Shown: one piece after another, positions 27,118 through 37,378 of the stretch
Layout of the letters: each line of letters begins with the position of its first letter
How positions within the stretch are numbered: position 1 is the first letter of the stretch
NCBI GenBank assembly: GCA_964566795.1
Contig: CAZMIU010000001.1
Location: 79,388 to 143,387, forward strand
DNA from: an uncultured Candidatus Saccharibacteria bacterium
Lineage (GTDB): Bacteria > Patescibacteriota > Minisyncoccia > Phycocordibacterales > SBAW01
DNA: 64,000 bases
Direction of reading: 5' to 3'
The notes under the pieces: model-generated
Database searches by the model: none
What the model saw: the letters and a program-made list of their open reading frames with translations, nothing else
What the model was told of the DNA's origin: nothing
Translations under genes and position numbers: made by a program

Positions 27118-28248
27118 ATGGCACTCCTTATATTTATCGCCATACTAGTTGCGCTTATCTGGGTGCATGAGCTGGGGCACTTTAGCGTCGCCAAGCTGTT
27201 TAAAATCCGTGTCGACGAGTTTGCCATCGGCTTTCCGCCGCGGCTCTTTAGGGTCCGCTATGGCGAGACCGACTACACTTTTAACCTCTTGCTTGTGGGC
27301 GGGTTTGTGCGCATACACGGCGAGAACCCGAGCGACCTTATGCCCGGCGAGCAGGACTCGCGCGCGCTCACAAGCAAAAACCGCGGCATCCAGGCAGCGG
27401 TAATGCTCGCGGGGATTGCTTTCAATTTGATTTTTGCGTGGCTGGCGCTCTCGGCGGGTTACATGGCCGGGCTGCCTACCGCCGCAAGCGACAAGGCCCT
27501 GGGGCCCATTACTGCGCCGCAGGTGGTCATTAGCGCCGTGCTGCCGCAGAGCCCGGGCGAGCGCGCCGGATTTAAGCCCGGCGACATCATTGAGCGGCTG
27601 GAGACCGGTACAACCGTGCTCGATATTAGCAGCCCCGACGCAGGGGTCGGGATCCCGACTGAAACGTCGGGAGCTGACGCGGTGCAGGCGTTTATCGGCG
27701 AGCACCAGGACGAGAGCTTTGTTGTCACGATAGAGCGCAATGGAGAGGAGCGCACCCTGCTCGCCAAGCCGGTCGCGGGACTAGCCGAGGGCCGCAAGGT
27801 GATAGGTATCGAGTTTGGCGACATTGGGATTTTACAACTGCCGGTGCACTTGGCCTTGGCGCAGGGCGCTGTCGCGTTTAAAGACCTGACCATTGCAACC
27901 GCGCAGGGGCTGGGTTCGTTTTTAGGATCGCTTGTCGTGGGTAGCGCGGACCTCTCCCAGGTGTCGGGCCCCATCGGCATCGCGGGGGTAGGGCAAAATG
28001 CGGTTAAGGAGGGTTTTAGCACGGCTGCGGTTATTGCGGCGCTCATCTCTATTAACCTCGCGCTCATTAACCTTCTGCCCATACCAGGGCTCGACGGCGG
28101 GCGCCTGCTTGTGATCATCATCGAGGCGGTCATCCGCCGCCCCGTCGCACCGCGCGTTACCAACGCGCTTATGCTCGCGGGGCTCGCGGCCATAGTCCTT
28201 CTTATGATTGTAGTCTCAATCAACGACATCGCCCGCTTGGTTGGGTAG
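27118..28248 (+). CDS. rseP: RIP metalloprotease RseP
   Basis: HELGH, PDZ, NLLPIPGLDGG. Confidence 0.93.
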   Translation: MALLIFIAILVALIWVHELGHFSVAKLFKIRVDEFAIGFPPRLFRVRYGETDYTFNLLLVGGFVRIHGENPSDLMPGEQDSRALTSKNRGIQAAVMLAGIAFNLIFAWLALSAGYMAGLPTAASDKALGPITAPQVVISAVLPQSPGERAGFKPGDIIERLETGTTVLDISSPDAGVGIPTETSGADAVQAFIGEHQDESFVVTIERNGEERTLLAKPVAGLAEGRKVIGIEFGDIGILQLPVHLALAQGAVAFKDLTIATAQGLGSFLGSLVVGSADLSQVSGPIGIAGVGQNAVKEGFSTAAVIAALISINLALINLLPIPGLDGGRLLVIIIEAVIRRPVAPRVTNALMLAGLAAIVLLMIVVSINDIARLVG

Positions 28249-28286
28249 TAGCCAGAGGCCCTTTTTGGCACTACAATGGCGTCTAT

Positions 28287-29540
28287 ATGCGCCAATCTAA
28301 GCTGTTTACCAAGACGCGTCGCGAGGCCCCAAAAGATGAGGTCTCCAAAAACGCGCAGCTCCTTATCCGCGCCGGGTTTGTGCACAAAGAGATGGCAGGG
28401 GTGTATGACCTCCTGCCTCTTGGCCTTAAGACTTTCAATAAAGTAGTGGGCGTTATCCGCGAGGAGATGAATAAGATTGGCGGAGTCGAGCTGGAGCTTT
28501 CAGCTCTGCAGGAGAAGGATGTCTGGGAGAAGACGGGCCGCTGGAGCGATGAGGCAGTAGACAGCTGGTTTAAGACAGCACTTAAATCCGGCAGCGAGCT
28601 GGGCTTGGGCTTTACACACGAGGAGCCGCTTACCAACCTCATGCGCGAGCATGTGTCGTCGTACAAAGACCTGCCTGCATATCCATACCAATTCCAGACC
28701 AAGTTCCGCAACGAGACACGCGCCAAGTCTGGGCTTATGCGCACACGCGAGTTTGTGATGAAGGATCTCTACTCGTTTTCTAAAAACGAAGCCGAGCACG
28801 AAAAGTTTTATAATGCGTGTGCCGATGCATACACACGTGTGTTTGAGCGTGTGGGCCTTGGTGAGCGCACCTACAAGACGTTTGCCTCTGGGGGCTCGTT
28901 TAGCAAGTACAGCCACGAGTTCCAGACCGTGTGCGATGCAGGCGAGGATGTCATATATGTGTCCAAAGACAAAAACATCGCGATAAACAAAGAAGTATAT
29001 ACCGATGAGGTGCTCAAAGACCTCGGGCTATCCAAAGATGAGCTTGTGGAGGAAAAGGCAATAGAGGTGGGTAACATCTTTAGCCTTGGTACGCGTTTTT
29101 CTGACGCGCTTAACCTTAGCTACAAAGACGAGTCCGGAACGCAGGTACCGGTTGTGATGGGCAGCTACGGCATTGGCCCGGCCCGGCTTATGGCAACAAT
29201 TGCTGAGCTTATGAGTGACGACAAGGGCCTTGTTTGGCCGGAGGCGGTGGCGCCGTTTAGGGTGCATCTGGTGCGCTTGGGCGATGAGCAGTCGGTTGTT
29301 GAGGACGCCGACGAGCTCTACCGCGAGCTCAGCGAGGCCGGGGTCGAGGTTTTGTACGACGACCGCGACCTGAGGGCAGGCGAGAAGTTTGCCGACTCCG
29401 ACCTCATTGGCATACCGCTGCGCATTGTTGTCTCCGAGAAAACAGTTAGCGCAGGCAAGTATGAGTGCGTCGAGCGCTCCGCGGGCGCCACACACCACAA
29501 GAGCCTTTCTGAGCTTATAGGCAAGCTTACCGCGCGCTAA
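28287..29540 (+). CDS. proS: Prolyl-tRNA synthetase (short form)
   Basis: THEE, FRNETR, EVGNIF, MGSYGIG. Confidence 0.93.
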   Translation: MRQSKLFTKTRREAPKDEVSKNAQLLIRAGFVHKEMAGVYDLLPLGLKTFNKVVGVIREEMNKIGGVELELSALQEKDVWEKTGRWSDEAVDSWFKTALKSGSELGLGFTHEEPLTNLMREHVSSYKDLPAYPYQFQTKFRNETRAKSGLMRTREFVMKDLYSFSKNEAEHEKFYNACADAYTRVFERVGLGERTYKTFASGGSFSKYSHEFQTVCDAGEDVIYVSKDKNIAINKEVYTDEVLKDLGLSKDELVEEKAIEVGNIFSLGTRFSDALNLSYKDESGTQVPVVMGSYGIGPARLMATIAELMSDDKGLVWPEAVAPFRVHLVRLGDEQSVVEDADELYRELSEAGVEVLYDDRDLRAGEKFADSDLIGIPLRIVVSEKTVSAGKYECVERSAGATHHKSLSELIGKLTAR

Positions 29541-29569
29541 CCGCGGGTGTGGGCGCCCCATATACCGCC

Positions 29570-30625
29570 ATGGCCAACTACTTTAAAGACCGCATACTGC
29601 CGCTCATCTCCAACGACGTTGGTATAGACCTGGGTACGGCGAACACGCTTGTGTATCTGCGCGGCAAGGGCATTGTGGTCTCCGAGCCATCGGTGGTTGC
29701 GGTCAACCAAAAGACAGGGCAGGTGGTGGCCGTAGGCACCGCTGCCAAGCAGATGCTTGGCCGCACGCCCGGACACCTCGTTGCGGTGCGCCCATTGGTA
29801 GAGGGCGTGGTCTCCGATTATGAGGCCACCGAGGAGATGCTTGCGTATTTAATAAACAGGGCACAGGGCGTATCTAAAAAGATGCTGGGGCCGCGCGCGG
29901 TCTTGGGCGTGCCCTCGGGTATCACCAACGTGGAGGTGCGCGCTGTGATAGACGCGGCACGCGGCGCAGGTGCCCGCGAGGTACATATTGTGGAAGAGCC
30001 GGTGGCGGCAGCACTCGGCATACGCATGCCCATACGCGAGGCGATGGGCTCAATGATTGTCGACATCGGTGGCGGCAACACCGACATCGCAGTGCTGTCG
30101 CTCGGCGGCATTGTCCGCTCGAAAAACCTGCGCATTGCCGGCGACAAGTTAAATCAGGACATTATTTCCTACGTGCGCTCGGAGTTTAAGATTTTAATTG
30201 GTGAAAAGACTGCCGAGCAGGTCAAGATGGCCATAGGCTCTGTGGTGGAGGGCGACGGCTCTTTGCAGGCGGTGGTGCGCGGCCGTGACCTTATCACGGG
30301 GCTCCCGCGCGAGGTTATCATTACCGACCAGGATTTGCGCGAGGCAATCTCGCAGTCTATAGACACACTCATTGAGAGTGTGCGCGAGGTGTTGGAAACC
30401 ACGCCGCCCGAGATACTCTCTGACATCATGCGCGGCGGCATTGTGCTGGTGGGCGGCGGCGCGCAGTTGCGCGGCCTCGACACACTCCTCACGCAGTGGC
30501 TCAAGGTGCCGGTTGTTGTAGCCGATGATCCTCTTACGGCGGTGGCGCGCGGCACCGGCGTTATACTGGAGAATCTTGAGGCGCATCGCGACCTCTTAAT
30601 AGACAACGATGGCGATATCTCCTAG
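29570..30625 (+). CDS. mreB: Rod shape protein MreB
   Basis: GIDLGTANT, DIGGGNTD; upstream of mreC. Confidence 0.95.
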   Translation: MANYFKDRILPLISNDVGIDLGTANTLVYLRGKGIVVSEPSVVAVNQKTGQVVAVGTAAKQMLGRTPGHLVAVRPLVEGVVSDYEATEEMLAYLINRAQGVSKKMLGPRAVLGVPSGITNVEVRAVIDAARGAGAREVHIVEEPVAAALGIRMPIREAMGSMIVDIGGGNTDIAVLSLGGIVRSKNLRIAGDKLNQDIISYVRSEFKILIGEKTAEQVKMAIGSVVEGDGSLQAVVRGRDLITGLPREVIITDQDLREAISQSIDTLIESVREVLETTPPEILSDIMRGGIVLVGGGAQLRGLDTLLTQWLKVPVVVADDPLTAVARGTGVILENLEAHRDLLIDNDGDIS

Positions 30626-31367
30626 CCCTTTTGACCGTATACAAAAGACGCGCCGCACGTCATCGCGCTCGTGGCTTATCTGGGTGCTTGTGCTTGTCCT
30701 GCTCATTGGCGCAACGCTTATGCTTAGGGGCTCTGCGGCCAGTGTGTTCTGGCAGGTGTGGGCGCCTGTGGCGCGTGTGCGCGAGGCGCTGGGGGAGAGC
30801 GAGGCTGCAAGGCTACGCACACAAGTAGCGGTGCTCGAGGCAAAACTTGCCGACCGCGACGCTCTGTATAAAGAGACGCTCGATCTTAAGGAGAGGCTCG
30901 GCCGCTCTGATGTGCCAGGCACGCGTATACTCGCGGGCGTGCTGCTCTCGCCGCCGTGGAGCCCGTACGACACGCTTGTGGTAGATGCCGGAGAGGCGCA
31001 GGGCATCAAGCTTGGCGACCTGGTCTACGCGGGCGGCCAAACGCTTATTGGGCATGTCACTGAGGTGTACGCCACCACCGCGCGCGTGGAATTATTCTCG
31101 GCACCCGGTGCAACCTATCAGGCCACGCTACGCGGCGAGATACCCATGGCGCTCGAGGGTCAGGGGGGAGGCTCGCTTCGCGCTGAGATACCGGCCGCTA
31201 CCTCAGTTGCGGTGGGCGACACGGTAGAGCTACCGGGCATATGGGGAGGTCTTGTGGGGCATGTGAGCGCAACCGACGCGCGTGCTGGAGAGTCATTTAT
31301 AGTGATATACATGCAGCTGCCCGTTAACCCGTCGAGCCTCTCTGTTTTGGAAATACAACCACAATGA
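30609..31367 (+). CDS. mreC: Rod shape protein MreC
   Basis: TM, coiled coil, LVVDAG..G; synteny. Confidence 0.8.
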   Translation: MAISPSPFDRIQKTRRTSSRSWLIWVLVLVLLIGATLMLRGSAASVFWQVWAPVARVREALGESEAARLRTQVAVLEAKLADRDALYKETLDLKERLGRSDVPGTRILAGVLLSPPWSPYDTLVVDAGEAQGIKLGDLVYAGGQTLIGHVTEVYATTARVELFSAPGATYQATLRGEIPMALEGQGGGSLRAEIPAATSVAVGDTVELPGIWGGLVGHVSATDARAGESFIVIYMQLPVNPSSLSVLEIQPQ

Positions 31368-31654
31368 ACCTTGCTAGCCGCTACATATATGCACTCACCT
31401 TTGCCATTGCGGCCACAGGGTTTTTGCTGCCGTTTTGGCCGTTGTGCGTGGTGGGCATACTTATCGCCGCACTGTCTGGCAGATACGTGTTTGCCATTGT
31501 TGTAGCGCTTTTGATAGATGTGGGCTCCGGCGTGCCGCAGGGGATACTTCACTACTTGTTTGTGCCCTTCACACTACTGTCCATAGTGGCGGCGCTAGTG
31601 CGCGCGTTTGCCATCAGCTATTTTTTGGACAAAACCCCACCCAGTACGCTTTAA
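31364..31654 (+). CDS. Small membrane protein at the MreD position
   Basis: Hydrophobic 96-aa ORF between mreC and the PBP gene. Confidence 0.55.
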   Translation: MNLASRYIYALTFAIAATGFLLPFWPLCVVGILIAALSGRYVFAIVVALLIDVGSGVPQGILHYLFVPFTLLSIVAALVRAFAISYFLDKTPPSTL

Positions 31655-31661
31655 TAGCCGT

Positions 31662-33347
31662 ATGCTGAGGCGATGGCTGAGAAAGGGGAGGATTAAGCGC
31701 GAGATCCATCCGGACGAGATTTTTATTGATGCGGAAAACGTCTCCGACTTTGACCGCGACCGCTTTGAGGGCCGCATCGAGCGGCCCATATCGCGCCGCC
31801 AGCTTGGCGCCGCGGGCGGCGCGGTGGGGCTTGCTATTTTTCTGCTGTTTTTGCGGGCGGGGACACTGCAGGTTGTACACGGTGCCGAGTATGCCGAGCA
31901 GGCTTCCAAAAACCAGCTTGCAGAGCAGACCATATTTGCCGACCGTGGCGCTATCGTGGACAGAAACGGCACGCCTCTGGCGTGGAGCGAGCGCGAGCGG
32001 GTAGAGGACGACTTTGCCAAGCGCGTGTATGCAGAGCTCCGGGGCTTGGCACACGCGGTGGGCTACACCAAGGCGCCGGCCAAGGACTCATCGGGTAATT
32101 ACTTTAGGACCGAGTTTGAGGGGCTCGATGGCGCCGAGGATGCCTACAACGACCGGCTAGGCGGGCAAAACGGCCTGAGGCTTACCGAGACAGACGCGTT
32201 GGGCAAGGTGGTGTCGGAGGCAACCACGCGCGCACCTGTGCCTGGCGACACGCTGACACTTTCTTTAGATGCGCGCGTAACTGAGGGGCTCTATGACGTG
32301 CTGGCGACCAACGCATCAAAGGCCAACTTCCAGGGTGCCGCGGGCGTCATTATGGACGTACGCAGCGGAGAGCTTTTGGCCATGACGAGTTACCCGGAGT
32401 ACAACCAAAATGCAATGACCATGGGGGAGCGCGATGCCATCGCAGGCTACAACGAGGACAAGCGCCAGCCGTTTTTGGACCGCGCAATAGACGGCTTGTA
32501 TGCGCCGGGCTCTATCGTCAAGCCCATTATGGCCGCGGGGGCCATACACGACGGCGTTATCAGCGAGTACAAGCAGATAGAGTCTACCGGCCGTATCACA
32601 ATCCCAAACCCATACGACCCAGACAATCCGACTGTGTTTAAGGACTGGCGCGTCAACGGCTGGACAGATGCGCGTCGCGCCATTGCCGTATCGTCTGACG
32701 TGTACTTTTATACGGTTGGCGGCGGGCACGGCGACCAACAGGGAATGGGTATCACCAATATAGACAAGTGGCTAAGCGCGTTTGGCTACGGCCAAGATGC
32801 GGGCCTCAAGGGCTTCTCGTCCAAGGAGGGCACCATACCCACGATAGAGTGGAAGGCAAAAACATTCCCCAATGATCCGACCTGGCGCCTGGGCAACACC
32901 TATCACACGGCTATAGGCCAGTTTGGCACCCAGGTTACGCCGCTGCAGGCGGTGCGTACTGCTGCCGCTATCGCCAACGGCGGCACACTGCTCACCCCGA
33001 CCCTTATCGCAAGCTCGACCCAGAAGGGCACACACATTGATATCGACCCTCATGCGCTCCAGGTTGCGCGCGAGGGCATGCGCATGGCGGTACAAGAGGG
33101 CGGGACTGCCACGGGCGCCAATGTGCCCTATGTGCAGGTGGCGGCCAAGTCGGGTACCGCACAGGTCGGTATGAAAAATGAGTACGTTAACGCGTGGCTT
33201 ATTGGCTTTTGGCCGTATGAAAACCCCAAATACGCCTTTGCGTTTTTGCTAGACCGGGCGCCTGCCGGGACCGCAACGGGCGGCAACATTATAGTGAGCC
33301 AGTTCTTGTCGTGGATGAATCAGAACGCACCCGGGTACTTTAAATAA
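31662..33347 (+). CDS. mrdA: Penicillin-binding protein 2
   Basis: GSIVK, SSD, KSGTAQ. Confidence 0.88.
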   Translation: MLRRWLRKGRIKREIHPDEIFIDAENVSDFDRDRFEGRIERPISRRQLGAAGGAVGLAIFLLFLRAGTLQVVHGAEYAEQASKNQLAEQTIFADRGAIVDRNGTPLAWSERERVEDDFAKRVYAELRGLAHAVGYTKAPAKDSSGNYFRTEFEGLDGAEDAYNDRLGGQNGLRLTETDALGKVVSEATTRAPVPGDTLTLSLDARVTEGLYDVLATNASKANFQGAAGVIMDVRSGELLAMTSYPEYNQNAMTMGERDAIAGYNEDKRQPFLDRAIDGLYAPGSIVKPIMAAGAIHDGVISEYKQIESTGRITIPNPYDPDNPTVFKDWRVNGWTDARRAIAVSSDVYFYTVGGGHGDQQGMGITNIDKWLSAFGYGQDAGLKGFSSKEGTIPTIEWKAKTFPNDPTWRLGNTYHTAIGQFGTQVTPLQAVRTAAAIANGGTLLTPTLIASSTQKGTHIDIDPHALQVAREGMRMAVQEGGTATGANVPYVQVAAKSGTAQVGMKNEYVNAWLIGFWPYENPKYAFAFLLDRAPAGTATGGNIIVSQFLSWMNQNAPGYFK

Positions 33348-33446
33348 GGGCGCCTGCGGACTTTCTATAGCCTTGACAGGGTCTCCCGTTCCTATACACT
33401 TATGCCACGTAACCTAACCCCCGAGAGGGGAATTTTAAGTCCATAT

Positions 33447-33905
33447 ATGGAAGAAATGATGTCCCAGGAGAAGTTCGAGGAGCTGACCCACGAGCTCGAG
33501 CAGCTGCGCACTACCCGCCGCAAGGAGGTTGCGGAGCAGCTTGAGTACGCACGCTCCCTGGGGGATTTGTCTGAAAACGCCGAGTACCAGGAGGCGCGCG
33601 AGATGCAGTCTGCGGTAGAGGAGCGCATCGGCAAGCTCGAGCATATACTCAAACACGCCAAGATCGTAAAAGCCGGCAAGAGTGACGGCGTTGGCATGGG
33701 TTCGACCGTGACTGTGCAAAAGATCGGCGGCGAAGACAAACATGTCTACACCATTGTGGGTGCAGAGGAGGCCGACATCATCAAGGGCAAGGTGAGCTAT
33801 CACTCGCCGCTTGGCGCTGCACTGCTCAGCAAGAAAAAGGGCGACGAGTTCTCGTTCTCGACCCCGCGCGGTGTCCAAAAATACAAGATTTTAAAGGTTG
33901 AGTAG
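33447..33905 (+). CDS. greA: Transcription elongation factor GreA
   Basis: GDLSENAEY, SPLGAAL. Confidence 0.95.
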   Translation: MEEMMSQEKFEELTHELEQLRTTRRKEVAEQLEYARSLGDLSENAEYQEAREMQSAVEERIGKLEHILKHAKIVKAGKSDGVGMGSTVTVQKIGGEDKHVYTIVGAEEADIIKGKVSYHSPLGAALLSKKKGDEFSFSTPRGVQKYKILKVE

Positions 33906-33957
33906 GCAAAAAATTGCCCCGGACTAATTGTCCGGGGCTTTTTAGGTTGTACGCCGG

Positions 33958-34311
33958 TTACTGCTTGGCGTTTGCGGTGGCGGTGTATGCGCCTTCGATC
34001 AGCTTGGCCAACCTGGCGGCTGGCGGCTGTTGAGTGAGGCCCAGGCGCTTGGCGTAGTCGGTCAGACCCTGTGCAGTCCTGTCCTGGACTTGGGAAAGCG
34101 CCCATTTCTTGGGCTTGCCCCACTCGCTGCTGTCGGGGGTCTTCTTGCGGACCCACACATAGGTCTCGACTCCGTTCTGGATGTAGTCGAGCATCAGCTG
34201 CGACTCGTCCTCAAAGTAGGCTTCTCCGTCTACCTGGACAGACCGGATAAGTGAGTGCCCCTCCGGAAGGTTGAGTTTTCGTCCCTTAACAATCTGGCAT
34301 CCCATTGCCAC
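33958..34311 (-). CDS. Hypothetical protein (SD-led)
   Basis: 117-aa ORF, AGGA SD, shares a terminator with greA. Confidence 0.55.
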   Translation of the reverse strand: MAMGCQIVKGRKLNLPEGHSLIRSVQVDGEAYFEDESQLMLDYIQNGVETYVWVRKKTPDSSEWGKPKKWALSQVQDRTAQGLTDYAKRLGLTQQPPAARLAKLIEGAYTATANAKQ

Positions 34312-34490
34312 ACGTCCTGTTATGCCCCGTAGGGCGTTGCGGTTTAGCCCTGTGCAACGCTGTAGTAACGCTACCCATAGTTCGGCGTACTCTGTACTTC
34401 TCGCCGTATAGTAGCGTACTACTCTTTTTTACCCCGTCAAGTGTGGGGCTCATATACCGCCTTAGCCCAAAAAACGCTATAGTTGAGGGA

Positions 34491-36008
34491 ATGTTTTGGG
34501 CAGACCGCATTGTCGGGGAGATTGAGAAGCGCTTTGGTAAGCCGGGGCGCCCTTTGCTTATACGCGACGAAAAGACCCTTTCTGGGCGTGTGCACGTGGG
34601 CTCTCTTCGCGGGGTGGCCATACACGGGCTTGTGCATGAGGTGCTTGGCGAGAAGGGGGTGGAGACAACATTTAAATTTGAGTTTAACGACTACGACCCC
34701 ATGGACGGGATCCCGGCATATTTGGACCAGGCCGCGTACGAGAAATATCTGGGCATGCCGCTCAAAAATATCCCAAGCCCTGAGGATGGTTATGACAACT
34801 TTGCCGAGTACTACGGCGCCGAGTTTAAGGGGGTTATAGAGGCCGCGGGTTGGCACACAGAGGTGTACCGCTCGAGCGAGCTTTACCTCAAGGGCCAGAT
34901 GGATGAGGTAATACGCCAGGCACTTGAGGGTGCAGAGGATATCCGCCGCATATACAAGCAGGTCTCCGGTGGCGAACGTAAAGACACATGGCTTCCCATA
35001 AGCGTTATCTGCCCCACATGCGGCAAACTCTCAACCACGTTTGCGTCAGATTTTGACGGCGAGACTGTGCAGGTTCAGTGTCGCGACCTCGACTGGGTAA
35101 AGGGCTGCGGGTTTGAGGGCCGCGTCTCTCCGTTTGGCGGTAGGGCCAAACTCCCGTGGAAGGTCGAGTGGCCCGCCAAGTGGAAGGTGATGGGGGTCGA
35201 AATTGAGGGCGCAGGCAAAGACCACTCAACCAAGGGCGGCTCGCGCGACGTGGCCAACCATATTTCCAAAGAGGTGTTTGCGTACGAACCGCCGTTTGAT
35301 GTACCATACGAGTTCTTTTTGGTGGGTGGTAAGAAGATGTCCTCGTCAAAAGGGCAGGGCAGCAGCGCCAAAGAGATTGCAGATCTTGTGCCGGCCAAGA
35401 TTTTGCGCCTCGCGCTTTTGAGCAAGGACCCCATGCACGCGTTTAGCTTTGACCCGGAGGGGGATACCATCCCTGTTTTGTACGACCTCTACGACAAGTT
35501 GGCCGCAGAGTACTGGGCGGGCACGCGCGATGACTTCTCTAGATTGTTTGAGTATGTGCATCCGGGCCGCGCCATCCCGGCACAATCCACGCTCCCGCGC
35601 TTTAGCCAGGTGGCGTTTGTGGTGCAGATGCCGCATATGGATATCTACAAAGAGTTCCCCGAGGCCGACCGCGCCGAGCTCGATGAGCGTGCCAAGTACG
35701 CGGCACACTGGCTAGAGGCGTATGCGCCCGAGAAGTTTGTCTTTAAGCTCCAGGACGAGCTGCCTGAGATAGCCCGTAATCTGCCCGACACAAGCAAAGC
35801 GGCGCTCAAGGCTTTGCACGAGTATATCTCCAGCCAAAGTGACATGCCCACCGGCGAGGAGCTCCATACCGAGCTCCACAAAACCAAAGAGTTTAAGGCC
35901 ATCTATTTGGCCTTTTTGGGCAAGGAGAGCGGCCCCAAGGCCGGGTGGTTCCTCTCATCGCTCCCGCGCGACTTTGTGCTCAGGCGTTTAGAAGAAGCGT
36001 CCAAATAG
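34491..36008 (+). CDS. lysS: Class I lysyl-tRNA synthetase
   Basis: SGRVHVGSLRG, KLPWKVEWP, GKDH, KMSSSKG. Confidence 0.93.
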   Translation: MFWADRIVGEIEKRFGKPGRPLLIRDEKTLSGRVHVGSLRGVAIHGLVHEVLGEKGVETTFKFEFNDYDPMDGIPAYLDQAAYEKYLGMPLKNIPSPEDGYDNFAEYYGAEFKGVIEAAGWHTEVYRSSELYLKGQMDEVIRQALEGAEDIRRIYKQVSGGERKDTWLPISVICPTCGKLSTTFASDFDGETVQVQCRDLDWVKGCGFEGRVSPFGGRAKLPWKVEWPAKWKVMGVEIEGAGKDHSTKGGSRDVANHISKEVFAYEPPFDVPYEFFLVGGKKMSSSKGQGSSAKEIADLVPAKILRLALLSKDPMHAFSFDPEGDTIPVLYDLYDKLAAEYWAGTRDDFSRLFEYVHPGRAIPAQSTLPRFSQVAFVVQMPHMDIYKEFPEADRAELDERAKYAAHWLEAYAPEKFVFKLQDELPEIARNLPDTSKAALKALHEYISSQSDMPTGEELHTELHKTKEFKAIYLAFLGKESGPKAGWFLSSLPRDFVLRRLEEASK

Positions 36009-36092
36009 ATAAAGAAAGCAGCCCGCCTCACCAAAGGGGAGCGGGCTGCTGGGATCGGCATGAAGCCAATATAATTCTTGACTATCGCCGCG

Positions 36093-36293
36093 CTAGGAGC
36101 GGCGTGCGTCAGGGGAAACTCGGGTCAGGTCGCTGGATGCAACGACTAAACGCGAATTTCCGCCATTCGTTTTTGATAAAGAGCTCTGCGCGGCTTTTTC
36201 TGCCGCTTTGGGGCCGGGTATGCCCCGCAGGTAGTGTTTGCCTTTCTCGTAGCCTTCAAACCAGTGCTTAATGTCTCGAATCACACGTGCCAT
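36093..36293 (-). CDS. Small hypothetical protein (SD-led)
   Basis: AGAAAGGA SD before MARVIRDIKHW. Confidence 0.4.
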   Translation of the reverse strand: MARVIRDIKHWFEGYEKGKHYLRGIPGPKAAEKAAQSSLSKTNGGNSRLVVASSDLTRVSPDARRS

Positions 36294-36453
36294 GTGTGGG
36301 TCCTTTCTTAAAGTCTTCTGTTGTGGGCCAAGAACGAACGCAATACGACAGTCCTGTTCCTTTGTACCAGACGAGCAAGATTTGTAAAGCTTACCAAACA
36401 GGGGATAACCAAAGGTAAAGGCCGGCCCCGCGTAAGCGAGTCCGGCCTTTGTA

Positions 36454-36657
36454 TCAACGAAGTCCGTAGACTCCAACAAGAAATCCGACAATTCCGGCAG
36501 ATGCAAGCCAGAGGCAAGAAATTTGGATTTTGAACCAAAACTCGCGACGGGCCTGAATCTTTTTCGCTTGTGCCTGGCGGGCAAGATAGTCTTCTACATT
36601 CTTGCGGTTGCCAGGAAAGCGGGGATTGTCGAAAATCGGATGCTCGTGGGTGGTCAT
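36454..36657 (-). CDS. Small tail-anchored hypothetical protein (SD-led)
   Basis: AGGAG SD, C-terminal TM, hairpin downstream. Confidence 0.55.
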   Translation of the reverse strand: MTTHEHPIFDNPRFPGNRKNVEDYLARQAQAKKIQARREFWFKIQISCLWLASAGIVGFLVGVYGLR

Positions 36658-36726
36658 TGGGGTATCTCCTAACTAGGGTTAAGAGCGCCCCTGCCACACT
36701 CTGTTTGACGTACCTGTTCAAACACC

Positions 36727-36755
36727 AGTATACACTTGTTTATACTATTTGTCAA
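36727..36755 (-). promoter_or_regulatory. sigma70 promoter
   Basis: TTGACA-N17-TATACT. Confidence 0.75.
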
Positions 36756-36856
36756 GCATACATAAATCCTTATATACCAACGTATTTTGGCGGCTATAGC
36801 GCGTATCGCACACATGTTCTGTAATCTGGGGACAAGTGGTTTTCTACACACATTAT

Positions 36857-36901
36857 TTGGGATGGCGTGGGGTACACTGGTATGTAGTGGGATGAAGTGG
36901 G
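36857..36901 (+). promoter_or_regulatory. MraZ operator repeats
   Basis: Five (G)TGG(G) units at exact 10-nt spacing upstream of mraZ. Confidence 0.75.
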
Positions 36902-36940
36902 ATAGTCCCACCCCACACAGAAAGCACCCCCCAACAGAAT

Positions 36941-37375
36941 ATGCTGATCGGCGAATACCTCCACACCCTCGACTCGAAAAAGCGGCTGAGCTTGCCGTCA
37001 AAGTTTCGCAAAGAGGTGGGGCGCCGGGTGGTGGTGACACGCGGACTCGATTCCTGTTTGTTTATGTTCCCGGACAAGGCTTGGGGCAAGATTGCCCAAA
37101 AACTGTCCGACTTGCCGGTAGGGCAGGCAGACACCCGCGGCATGGCACGCTTCCTCTTGGCGGGGGCGGTAGAGGCAGAGGTAGACGGGGCAGGGCGCAT
37201 ACTCATCCCCGAGTATCTCAAGGAGTTCGCAGAGCTTCGCTCAAGGGTAGTCTTGGCCGGCGTCTCGGACCGCATCGAGATCTGGAACGAGAAGACCTGG
37301 GAGGAGTACAAGAAGAGGCTCGAGAAGGGGGCAGACCAGATGGCACAGGCGCTGGGCAACATGGGGATTCTTTAA
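36941..37375 (+). CDS. mraZ: Division/cell wall regulator MraZ
   Basis: LDSKKRLSLPSKFR, DGAGRILIP, RIEIW. Confidence 0.96.
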   Translation: MLIGEYLHTLDSKKRLSLPSKFRKEVGRRVVVTRGLDSCLFMFPDKAWGKIAQKLSDLPVGQADTRGMARFLLAGAVEAEVDGAGRILIPEYLKEFAELRSRVVLAGVSDRIEIWNEKTWEEYKKRLEKGADQMAQALGNMGIL

Positions 37376-37378
37376 CAT

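Noticed and set aside
23284-30625. Two mreB paralogues as a novelty
   Set aside because: Multiple MreB/Mbl copies are common in monoderm bacteria
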